Source: Octopus sinensis (Eukaryota). Taken from it: a stretch of DNA of 64,000 nucleotides. This document shows, in pieces, positions 11,757-23,153 of this stretch. Location of the stretch: the NCBI RefSeq assembly GCF_006345805.1, contig NC_043015.1, positions 41,354,001-41,418,000 on the forward strand, read 5' to 3'. How positions within the stretch are numbered: position 1 is the stretch's first letter; every line of letters begins with the position of its first letter. The notes under the pieces were generated by a model. It saw nothing but the letters and a program-made list of their open reading frames with translations, was not told the DNA's origin and did not search any database. The position numbers and the translations under genes are program-made.

Positions 11757-12120
11757 ATATTTCGTCTGCCGTTACGTTCTGAGTTCAAATTCCGCCGAGG
11801 TCGACTTTGCTTTTCGTCCTTTCGGGGTCGTTAAATAAAGTACCAGTTTCGCACTGGGGGGTCGAAGTAATCGACTTAATCCGTTTGTCTGTCCTTGTTT
11901 GTCCCCTCTGTGTTTAGCCCCTTCTGGGTAGTAAAGAAATAGGTATTTCGTCTGCTGTTATGTTCTGAGTTCAAATTCCGCCGAGGTCGACTTTGCCTTT
12001 CGTTCTCGATTAAATAAAGTACCAGTTTCGCACTGGGGGTCGATGTAATCGACTTTAATCCCTTTGTCTGTCCTTGTTTGTCCCCTCTGTGTTTAGCCCC
12101 TTGTGGGTAGTAAAGAAATA
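11757..12120 (+). mobile_element. SINE family B, tandem dimer of 5'-truncated units
   Basis: gttctgagttcaaattccgccgaggtcgactttgcc...gtgggtagtaaagaaata occurs twice. Other copies at ~10833-11020(-), 12725-13035, 16030-16445(-), 41964-42184, 44874-45090, 53127-53360(-), 56341-56572(-), 57506-57740, plus many older ones. Confidence 0.85.
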
Positions 12121-13099
12121 TATATTGTATCAAATATATTTTGGTGTTTTCTGTGGCGATACTCGGATTTTCAAGTTCGATTTCCTAAAACAGCTTTTAA
12201 TTCCCCAAATGGAATTGAAGATTTTGAGCTTGATTTTTACACTGTTGGTTCAAATCTCGACTTAGAGTTTATCCACCTTGGCCTTTTATACTGATATGGT
12301 CAGTATAAGAATTGACAGCCAAAAAATCCTTTTATAAAAGGAATAGAAGCTGGATGACTAAAAATAAAATCATAATTTTGGCTTAGAACCAAGACGTAAC
12401 GGGGAGGGAAGGCTTTAGATTTTTTCATTTAGATAAAAAAAAAATAATAATAATTACAAGTAATTGATGTCGCATATGATTGAATGACGAATGAGTTGTA
12501 CGCAGAGACAGTTTTATGCAAGGAGACATTATTTATGTGAGAGAGAAAAAAATCCTGTTTTATTTCGATATCTTAAAAGAATGAAACGGAGACATGGCTC
12601 GAGTCGTTTGGTGTGATTTTTCTCTCATCTTTTGTTTAGTTTAAAAGCCACGCAAACAGTTGTTTCACCGCGCAATCCCTGGGATTTCAATTTGGCGGCA
12701 AATATATTTATATATTGTTCTATCTTAACGTTCTGTGTTCAAATTCCGCCGAGGTCGACTTTGCCTTTCAACCCTTTCTCGGGGTCGATAAATGAAGTAC
12801 CAGTTTCGCACTGTAATCGACTTAATCCCTTTGTCCTTGTTTGTCCTCTCTGTGTTTAGCTCCTTGTGGGTAGTAAAGAAATAGGCATTTTGTCTAACGT
12901 TCTGAGTTCAAATTCCGCCGAGGCCGACTTTGCCTTTCAGCCTTAGTAAAATAAGTACCAGTTGAGTACTGGGGTAGATGTAATCGACTTACCCGGTCCT
13001 CCGAACTTGCTGGCCTTGTGCCAAAATTTGAAAGCGATATATTCATTTGCATCTCACTGTGTGTTTAGTTTCTGAACGTTTAGAGTTGAATTCCGGTTT

Positions 13100-13893
13100 G
13101 GCGATCTTTCGTTTGTAGTAGCACGTTTCCGTCGATGATTTCCATAAAAAACTTTTATTTTTTTACATATGGGCTTGCGGGAACATTTGAAGTAATGAGA
13201 GCGAAAGAGACTAAGAGGAAGCGATTTTATGACGAGGGAATTTCTTTTGAAGTTACCGAAGCATTGATGTACATGTGTGTGTGCGCGCGTGTGTGTGTGT
13301 TTGATGGGGTGTGGGAGACCGACAGTATGTTGTGTAAGTGAAGTGCTTCTGTTAGTGTGTGCGAAGAGACAGAGGGAGTAATGTGTGAAAGAAAGAGATA
13401 ACTGAAATTTTTTACTCGGTGTATGTGTATATGTATGTGTGTATGTATGTATGTATGTATGTGTGTGTGTGTATGTATCTATGTATGTGTGTGTGTATGT
13501 ATGTATGTATGGCCGATTCAGTACACTGAATCGGCCATACATACATACATACACACATACATATACACATACACCGAGTAAAAAATTTCAGTTATCTCTT
13601 TCTTTCACACATTACTCCCTCTGTCTCTTCGCACACACTAACAGAAGCACTTCACTTACACAACATACTGTCGGTCTCCCACACCCCATCAAACACACAC
13701 ACACACGCGCGCACACACATGTACATCAATGCTTCGGTAACTTCAAAAGAAATTCCCTCGTCATAAAATCGCTTCCTCTTAGTCTCTTTCGCTCTCATTA
13801 CTTCAAATGTTCCCGCAAGCCCATATGTAAAAAAATAAAAGTTTTTTACGGAAATCATCGACGGAAACGTGATACAACAAACGAAAGATCGCC
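13100..13893. repeat. Long palindrome (arms 423 and 369 bp, 2-nt spacer)
   Basis: Centre ggccgattcagt-ac-actgaatcggcc (13511-13536). The arms differ by a few substitutions and in microsatellite length. Confidence 0.95.
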
Positions 13894-14707
13894 CTCTTGA
13901 AAGATCGCCCTCTTATCTCCTATCTCGTATCACCTCCTTATATCTGTTTCTTAGAAATCCGTGATTCACTTCATAACCCCCCCCCCACACACACACACAC
14001 ACTCTCGTTATGTCATTCTTTCTCTCTCCGACTTGCCCCCCACCCCCGTTCTCTCTCTCTCTATATATCTCTAAAGGTCATTGACCTCATCATTATAATA
14101 TCTTACACTCCTTACGCAATTATTTATCTTATCTTTCTCCTTATGAATAAAAAATCCATTTTATTTCTGTTTGTTATGGAGTTGGCTAATTTTCATTCCA
14201 AGCCCCCTTTTATTCATGCCCTTCAGAGTTGACCTATAAACGATTACTGCTTCGGTTTCTACAAAACTGCTTATTTAGATGACTCTGTTTTTAGATAGGT
14301 TAAAAAATAATAATATCAATAACGATTATTTTTTTTATATATAATTCTCCACAAGCTGTCAGGGAACAAATGCATGGAATGAGGCACTATAAAACGATTT
14401 AGAATTTTCAAACTTTAATATTTTACTACTAAAAAATTTGTCCTGCTAGGGCCCCCACCTTGAAGGGTTCTAGTCAAACGAGTCTACCCTAGTACTTATT
14501 TTCTAACTCAAGGTACTTATTCTGTCTCCTTTGTCGAACTGTTATGTTATGGGGACGTGAACGAACCAACACCGGTTATCAAGCGGTAATGTAGAGGGGA
14601 CACACGCATATATATATATATATATGTGTATACATGTACGACAGGCTTCTTTCAGTTTCCGTATACAAAATTAACTTAAAGGTTTTGGCCAGGCCAAGGT
14701 TATAGTA

Positions 14708-14813
14708 CAGTGCTTCCCAACGTTTTCATTACCAAGAAGGATTCCTTCTATTTAAAGGAGTTCTCCCACAGACCCCCAGCACTACCTTTGCAGACTACAG
14801 CTTGGGAACCACT
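14708..14813. mobile_element. hAT-like MITE nested in a minus-strand SINE A copy (~14445-14908)
   Basis: cagtgcttcccaa...ttgggaaccact termini. Confidence 0.55.
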
Positions 14814-17225
14814 TATATATAGTAGAAAGACTTGCCCAAGGTGTCACTCTGTGTCAACCCAAAACCGTGTGGTCTGGAAAGTAAACTGCTTACCACACAG
14901 CTGTGCCTAACAAGGTGACTCATTAAAAAATAAATATAAGCATATAAAACAATTATGCATATTTTAATTATGTAAAATTGTTAATATCAATGTAAAAGCT
15001 AATTAAATTATTTTTGAATTTTTCTGAAATCTGAAAATGTTCTATTTTTTTTTTGTCAAATTGTGAAATATTGTTGTCTGATTTTGGCTCGGAACCACAG
15101 TTGTTGAGGAAAGAGTTCTTCCATGTGGAAGACCAAAGCAGGACTTATTTTGGGTGTAAAAATAGCCGAATCAGAAATTTCCTTGGAACAAACAGAATCA
15201 ATGAAATCAACTTGATTACCTATCTTATTGATCTCATAAAGATATAAGGCCATGGTGACTGGATGAAATTCAAAGCCACAAAATAGTTATTTTAATAATA
15301 CTGTTTCGTGCACAAAATTAACCAGAACATATTGATCCTTGCCATTGGCTACAAGCCAGGTGTTCACCCAGATAAATAGTAAACTTATTTTTATAGCATT
15401 TCCCTTCAAGGCCATGTGAAGGATATTGGTTGCATTTTGAACTTGAATGATAGCTATAAATATTGATTTCAAATTTTGGCACAAGGCCTGCAAGTTCAGG
15501 GAAGGGTGGGGGGGCGAGTGGATTACATCAACCCCAGTATTCAGCTGGTACTTTATTGACATTGAAATGACAAAACGCAAAGTTGACCTCAGCTGAATTT
15601 GAACTCTGGATTTTAAAGACAGACGAAATGCGGCTAAAGCAATTTGCCAGCTTGCCGCCTTCATATAAATACTGCAAGGCGTTTATGTATTCCAGAGAAG
15701 ATACTTCCCAACCATGTAGCTTCAGGTTCAATCCCGCTGTGCAGCACCTTGAGCAAGTGTCTTGTACTATCTCTCCTGGCTGACCCCAAAATCTTCTGAG
15801 TGGATTTGGAAGACAGAAACTGAAAAGCTCATTGTGTGTGTATCTTTTTCAGTATCTAGATCGGCATCATCCAATATAACCTTGGTGTTTTATAGAACAG
15901 CATTCTTCTTTTATAATTCCAATTTCACTAAGGATGCAAGGGAGAGTGACTGCTACTTATAGCGAGTTGATCTCCCACATAGAAGTTTCCTTTGTGTTGT
16001 AATGATTTCTGCCACCTTAAATACAAAATTCCTATTTCTTTATTGCCCACAAGGGGCTAAACATAGAGGGGTCAAACAAGGACAGACAAAGGGATTAAGT
16101 CGAATAGATCGACCCCAGTGCGAAACTGGTACTTAATTTATCGACCCCGAAAGGATGAAAGACGAAGTTGACCTTGACGGAATTTGAACTCAGAACATAA
16201 CAGCAGACAAAATACCTATTTCTTTACTACCCACAAGGGGCTAAACACAGAGGGGACAGACAAAGAGATTAAGTCAATTATATCGACTCCAGTGCGTAAC
16301 TGGTACTTAATTTATTGACCCCGAAAGGATGAAAGGCGAAGTTGACCTTGGCGGAATTTGAACTCAGAACGTAGCGGCAGATGAAATACCACTAAGCATT
16401 TCGCCCGGCGTGCTAATGTTTCTGCCAGCTCGCTGTCTTTTAAGGCGGTTTTTCATCCCGACACCACGACGCCAAACCGGCCGGACGACCGAAGCGGCGA
16501 AGAAACGCCACGAATACAAAATTAGAAAACCAAAATTAGAAAAATATTTTTATCACATTTTATCAAGCATTTATGTTCATTCAAAGATTTTAGGATTGGG
16601 TTTTTTTCTTTCTTTCTTTCTTTCTGGGAATTTTTATTCTTCCTTTGTCCAACTGTACACTTCACAGCAGAAACAAAGAACTGAAAAAACTTGTTTGTTC
16701 AGTAATATTTCTATAGCAGATTCCAAAACACCTGCTGCATGTAACCAGTAACGAAGGAAAATCAAGAAATTTTGACTTCAAGTGGTTTACAATAGGACAG
16801 TTTATGAAAATTGAATGAAATTCAGGCAGTTGTATGTCTACGTAACTACTTCCCCCAATTGTTATTCATTAATCTCTATATATAGTATTTTAGTATTGAA
16901 TTTATAGTTGTATTAAATTTGTTTTCTGTATTCATTTGTAGAAAACTTGCACTCATTCAACTCCCAAGCAAATAACATCATTTATCATCATCATCATTAT
17001 TTTGTCTACTTTCTATGCTGGTATGGGTTGGATGGATCATTAACAGTCCAAGTTGCTTCTTAATTGAGACTGCAACCAGCCTGGGGATCATATTCCACTT
17101 TTGGCATGGTTGCTGCAGTTGGATGCATTTTATTATGGCACCAGCACTAGAGGGATTGTCTTGTTTCATACAAGACCAAGAGCCCTCTGTGGCAAGAATG
17201 TTTTTATACACACACACATGTACAA

Positions 17226-17537
17226 ATATCACTGTGATCACCGTGACCGACCAGGCTATCAGATGTTGCTACACATCGCTGGTCACAATGCGCTTTGCAT
17301 TGTTTTAGCCTTCAAATAACGCCACCCCGCTGGCTAAGTGAGCAGGCCTACAGAAGAAAGAGTGAGAGAAAGTTGTGGCGAAAGAGTACAGCAGGGATCA
17401 CCACCACCCCCTGCCGGAGCCTTGTGGTGATTTAGGTGTTTTCACTCAGTAAACACAACACTCAGTCTGGGAATCGAAACTGCGATCCTATGACCACGAG
17501 TCCGCTACCCTAACCACTGGGCCATTGCGCCTCCACT
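17226..17537 (-). mobile_element. tRNA-derived SINE family D (tail type 3)
   Basis: Head and body align with the copies at 21675 and 22769. Confidence 0.8.
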
Positions 17538-18056
17538 GTACAAATATACATACAGTTAATATGTATAAACTGGGATTTTAAAATTATACCCACTTTATGT
17601 TAAGAGGTAGCATAGCCCCATTTGATAGAAATTAATACAATAAATATGATTGATTAAACCTGAAGGCTGTATCCTATCATGTCCACAGTCTCGGATCCAA
17701 TAAGTTGGAGGATCACATCTTGCTTAATATCTTTGTATTCGCATGGTTTCTGTTGCTGGATGCCCTTCCAAAGATCAACCACTTGACAGAGTGTACTGGG
17801 TGCATTTATCATGACACCAGCACTGATAGTTTTAACTTATACCTTGCTAACCTTCAAAGTTAAAGAGATCCCCTTTGATAGATGGGACAGGATCACACAC
17901 TCACATGCATGCATAAAACATACTTTTTTAAATTGGTTTCAATCATGGGCTGAGGCCATATTATGCCACTATTTTTGAGGATCTTCATGTGGACCCCAGT
18001 AGTTTGTCTGATACTTATTTTATTGATCTGTATAAAAACAGTGTCCTTAGTATAAA

Positions 18057-18455
18057 CAGGTGCAGGAGCGGCTGTATGGTAAATAGCTTGCTTACCAACC
18101 ATATGGTTCCGGGTTCAGTCCCACTGCATGGCACCTTGGGCAAGTGTCTTCTACTATAAGCCTCGGGCTGACCAAACCCTTGTGAGTGGATTTGGTAGAT
18201 GGAAACTGAAAGAAGCCCATCGTATATATATGTATGTGTGTGTATATGTTTGTGTGTTTCTGTTTGTCCCCCAACATCACTTGACAACCGATGCTGGTGT
18301 GTTTACGTCCCCCGTAACTTAGCAGTTCGGCAAAAGAGGCCGATAGAATAAGCACTAGGCTTACAAAGAATAAGTCCTGGGGTTGATTTCTTCGACTAAA
18401 GGCGGTGCTCCAGCATGGCCGCAGTCAAATGACTGAAACAAGTAAAAGAGTAAAG
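18057..18455 (+). mobile_element. SINE family A, full length
   Basis: Aligns end to end with 21004-21401. Confidence 0.85.
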
Positions 18456-18991
18456 TGATAATAACTTGATCAAATGTAAATAGTACAAGTACAAAGCTTC
18501 AGTCTATGATACATCTATCGAATTCCACTTCAGATTTTGGTCAGAGGCCGAAGACACTTGCCCGAAGTGTTACAGAGTGGGATTGAACACACGACCATGT
18601 GATCGGGAAACATTTTTTAACCATATTATCGTACATGTGTATGTGTAAGAATATTGATATAAACCGCCAAAATAAATATAGGAATAAAATTTAAATGTTA
18701 CTTGATTGATAATGTTATCAGGAACAAGATCAAACAAAAAAAGAAACGGACAATTTTTATTCAAATAATTCTCAAGTTCAACTTACGAAAAAATGTAAAT
18801 ACTTGAAAATTTGTTGAAATTTGTATCAAAATGAGATTGCTGTCAAGATGTTTGTTCACACAGACGAGACGGTTTTTGAATGAAATATTTCGAAATAGGT
18901 TTTAATCATATCTACTATATAGCAAGAATTTATGTATCCACTTCAGAAAAATACACTCATGATAATTGAGAACTTGGTAATGTACCATTAA

Positions 18992-19209
18992 CCCTTTTGT
19001 TACCAACCCGGCTGAAACCGGCTCTGGTTCTGTGTACAAATGTCTTATTTTCATAAGTTTTGAATAAAAATCTTCCACCAAACCTTAGTCGCAATTTATG
19101 TTCCTAACACTAGCTGAATGATAACTAAGTTATTTTACTAAATTCTTTGTTATATTTAAAGTAATTGAAAGAAACACAGAGCATCTCAATAAATGCAGTA
19201 ACGAAAGGG
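18992..19209. mobile_element. piggyBac-like MITE
   Basis: TTAA|cccttttgttac...gtaacgaaaggg|TTAA; second copy at 54562-54730. Confidence 0.85.
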
Positions 19210-20515
19210 TTAAATTCCAATGTTATTACAATGCAGTAAATACTGGTGGACAATGGTTTTTTGGGTTACCATTTTTTTCTACAGATGTTTTGGGTAAACA
19301 TCACTTCCAAATTAATTTACGTACCCACGAAACAGCTGTTGAGCACATACGGCTTTAACCATTCACTTTCATAGACTGAACTAGGATGTTTTATTAGGAT
19401 GTAGATCATGAACAATATTGGGTGGGTTGGTTTCTAATTTTTGGTGGCCATTAACGTCATAAATATATTTATTTTCAAACGACCCGTAACAGTACTGGGT
19501 AGGTTGTTCTTCCTGTTTCTCTATATCAGCAGACCTACATTCTGGTGCATTCATTTAGTGAGTCATTCATCATTACTTCAAAAAATACAGTGAAGATTAT
19601 ATATTTTTTGCTGATGAGATCAGAATAACACTGAAACATATCCTGAAAAATGTTTCTCTCATAATTGCCTATAAAATTACTAATAGGGCATTTTTCTTTC
19701 ATCTTATTTTCCCACCATGTTTTTATTTGTAGTTATCTTTTTAATCACTCCACACATTAAATATGAATAGGTCGACGTTTATTTTTATACTTGTTTCATT
19801 TGACTGTGGCCATGCTGGAGCACTGCCTTTAGGTGGGGTTTCTTTTTTTTTTTTTTTCGTGCATCTGAACGTTTTCTGTTTTCCTACACCACTGTGTTAA
19901 TCATGTCAGATTACTAAGTAAATCCTTCACTGTTTAGTGGAAGGTGAAGAATGAAGTTCTCTTGATTTGCAAATAAAGGACAGAAAAAGTCCTAAACCTG
20001 TTTGCAACTTGACACATTTCAAACCAGAAAACAAAAATAAAAAAATTAGTAACTGATAGTTTTTTTTTCTCACAATATTTTGTAAAAGTTTTTATTTTTA
20101 GACTTTAAATATTCCATGCATGGAATATATGTCAACATTAAATTAGCTATTATTTTGCAAGTGAATAACGACCCTGAGTTTATTTTAATTTCCAAAGAAT
20201 TTTACTGTTCTACACCAATAATAGATTTAAGACTTTTAAAATACTCTATGTATTAAATTTTTTAATATGAACTTAACTGTTAATTTTTTTTTCTATTTAT
20301 TTATTTGTTGGAATCTAGAGACCCATACAATCCCCATGCCAAAACACCAATGACCTGCAGTAGGAATTAGGTTTTTACTTTTTGACAGCAAAAGTTTTAG
20401 CAAGTCGTCACATGCTTTGTTGAGAGTTTGTTTTTCAAAAAAAAATGTTTTTCATTTTGTTCTGGAAAAATTTATTTGCTGTTTTTTAAAATTTTTTTTT
20501 GAAAAGTATACCGAC

Positions 20516-20568
<53 letters not shown>

Positions 20569-21003
20569 ACATTTGTTTAGGCATGTATGTAAACTAAGTA
20601 TATTTGTACAGCTCCTCACACCACCACCATTACAACTGCGACCAATGCTATCCATATCACTCCCTCCACCACTAACTTACACATACACACACAAACACAC
20701 ACACAGCCACCCATTCTCTCATATGAAAACATCCCTACAACCCCATCTTAATTTTGTGATTGTATACTCTTTGTAGTAACAAATAATCTATTTCATGATA
20801 GATAAAAACCACTTATAGCCTCTCTCTCTATGCTTGGGGGGTGTGTCTGTGTGTGTTTGCCTAAGTCATCTTCCGGAGTCTGTGTGGTGTGGTTGATAAC
20901 GATAAGTACCAATCAAGTATAGAAGGGTTGTGGGGAGGGGTGTCAATTGAATCAACTTTACTCCTTCCCACCTCTCAAAAGAAAAAAAAAACTGTTTTTG
21001 TAT

Positions 21004-21401
21004 AGGCGCAGGAATGGCTGTGTGGTAAGTAGCTTGCTAACCAACCACATGGTTCTGGGTTCAGTCCCACTGCGTGGCATCTTGGGCAAGTGTCTTCTGC
21101 TATAGCCTCGGGCCGACCAAAGCCTTGTGAGTGGATTTGGTAGACGGAAACTGAAAGAAGCCTGTCGTATATATGTATATATATATATATATATGTATGT
21201 ATGTGTGTGTGTTTGTCCCCCTAGCATTGCTTGACAACCGATGCTGGTGTGTTTATGTCCCCGTCACTTAGCGGTTCGGCAAAAGAGACCGATAGAATAA
21301 GTACTGGGCTTACAAAGAATAAGTCCCGGGGTCGATTTGCTCGACTAAAGGCGGTGCTCCAGCATGGCCGCAGTCAGATGACTGAAACAAGTAAAAGAGT
21401 A
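21004..21401 (+). mobile_element. SINE family A, full length; further copies at ~24154-24513, 28543-28943(-), 29600-29915, 30650-30822(-), 33513-33881, 34028-34394(-) and 58820-59234(-)
   Basis: tggctgtgtggtaag A-box-like and ggttcagtccc B-box-like motifs; cttgggcaagt CORE-like start; internal microsatellite. Confidence 0.88.
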
Positions 21402-21674
21402 TGTCTGTGTGAGAAATCATAAATCCACCATACGACCTTAGGGTGCCTTTAGCAGAGTCCATTGTTAGAAGAAGCATTGGGACCAAGTCTTTAGTCTTGT
21501 GGTAACTTTATATTTTGATGTGTGGGTTTCTACTTCCTTTGCGACAAACCATCAGCTGTAACCTGAGCATAAAATTTTCTGTTTTTAATGAATTATAAAA
21601 GTATTAAAGCAATTAAAATATGATGATGACGATGATCACCACCAGAGCTAATAATGTATGTTAATGCATTTATA

Positions 21675-21991
21675 GGCAGCACAATGGCCCAGTGGTTAGG
21701 GCAGCGGACTCTTGGTTGGAGGATCGTGGTTTCGATTCCCAGACCGGGCGTTGTGTGTGTTTATTGAGCGAAAACACCTAAAGCTCCATGAGGTTCCAGC
21801 AGGGGGTGGTGGCAACTCCTGTTGTACTCTTTCGCCCCCAACTTTCTCTCACTCTCTCTCTTCCTGTTTCTTGAGTAATGCTGCGATGGACTGGCGTCCC
21901 ATCTAGCATGGGGGGAACACATACGCCACAGAAACCGGGAAACCGAGCCCATGAGCCTGGCTAGGCTTGAAAAGGGTGCATAAAAAAAAAA
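21675..21991 (+). mobile_element. tRNA-derived SINE family D (tail type 2, oligo-A end)
   Basis: tggcccagtggttagggcagcggac...gtttcgattccc head. Confidence 0.8.
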
Positions 21992-22020
21992 CATTTATAA
22001 CTAAGTATGATTTAAAGATA

Positions 22021-22527
22021 TCTTTATATATAAAAGTGAAGTTGTGTGTCTGTCTCCTACAATTTAGATTCCTAACTACTCCCACATTTTGCAGTGCAGT
22101 TTAACCAAAACCGGGTATCTTATAGTCGTGATTCATATCGAGCCCTTCTGGGTATTAGCGCGCGTCTACGATGAGTCTACGATTTTAAAAATAATTTAAC
22201 ATCATTTTTTAATGCATCCATTTTAATGCATTTTTTCACTATTATATAAGGGAAGTAACTCTCTAAAAATGTCTACGATGAGTCTATGATTTTAAAAATA
22301 ATTTACCATAATTTTTTTCCATTTTAATGCATTTTTTTCACTATTATATAAGGGAAGTAACTCTCTAAAAATGTCTACGATGAGTCAACGATTTAATAAA
22401 AAATTTACCATAATTTTTTTTCCATTTTTAATGCATTTTTTTTGCTATTTTTTGGCTATAACTCTCTAAAAATGCTTACATAGTTATTCCCCTTACAAAC
22501 CCGAGCAACGCCGGGCGATTCTGCTAG
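22021..22527 (+). mobile_element. Non-autonomous Helitron with an internal ~100-bp triplication
   Basis: A|TC...CTAG|T termini; subterminal hairpin cccgagcaacgccggg; a copy without the triplication lies at 32872-33181. Confidence 0.85.
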
Positions 22528-22558
22528 TAAAGTATGATTTTATTTTATTTCGTTTCAG

Positions 22559-22678
22559 GTGGAAAATGTGGCTGCAGTTCATCCTGTAAAACTGGAAAGT
22601 GTGATAACACAGCATGTAAATGTGGTGACGAATGTAAATGCAAGGACTGTAAGGGACCCAAGTGCCAGTGCTCAGAGG
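22559..22678 (+). CDS. MT: Metallothionein, coding exon 2 (GKCGCSSSCKTGKCDNTACKCGDECKCKDCKGPKCQCSE-G)
   Basis: ttttatttcgtttcag| acceptor and G|gtgagt donor; 120 nt, phase 1-1. 11 Cys in CxC motifs, Lys/Gly/Ser-rich, no aromatic residues. Confidence 0.93.
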
Positions 22679-22768
22679 GTGAGTCACACTTTCTCTCTCT
22701 AACAGGTTGTCTTTGATTTCCACATAACGGTTCGTTTATTTCAATGGGCGTTTAGGGGGGATGTAGTG

Positions 22769-23153
22769 GAGGCGCAATGGCCCAGTGGTTAGGGCAGCGG
22801 ACTCGCGGTCGTAGGATCGCGGTTTCGATTCCCAGACCAGGCGTTGTGAGTGTTTATTGAGCGAAAACACCTAAAGCTCCACGAGGCTCTGGCAGGGGAT
22901 GGTGGTGATCCCTGCTGTACTCTTTCGCCACAACTTTCTCTCACTCTTACTTCCTGTTTCTGTTGTACCTGTATTTCAAAGGGCCGGCCTTGTCACTCTC
23001 TGTGTCACGCTGAATATCCCCAAGAACTACGTTAAGGGTACACGTGTCTGTGGAGTGCTCAGCCACTTACACGTTAATTTCACGAGCAGGCTGTTCCGTT
23101 GATTCGGATCAACCGGAACCCTCGTCGTCGTAACCGACGGAGTGCTTCCATCC
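22769..23153 (+). mobile_element. tRNA-derived SINE family D (tail type 1) with a 15-bp TSD
   Basis: Flanks aggggggatgtagtg (22754-22768) and aggggggatgtggtg (23154-23168). Confidence 0.85.

Noticed and set aside
13054-13900. Mirror-image 166-aa/153-aa and 68-aa/68-aa ORF pairs
   Set aside because: Produced by the palindrome; microsatellite-derived starts and no recognisable domain.
16717-16751. Possible alternative terminal MT exon (ttctatag|CA GAT...ADSKTPAACNQ*) with ATTAAA downstream
   Set aside because: In frame with exon 1, but only one Cys and a mediocre polypyrimidine tract; unsupported without RNA-seq.
22769-22840. tRNA-like sequence (A and B boxes)
   Set aside because: It is the head of a multi-copy SINE with a TSD, not a stand-alone tRNA gene; the same applies to the other SINE heads.
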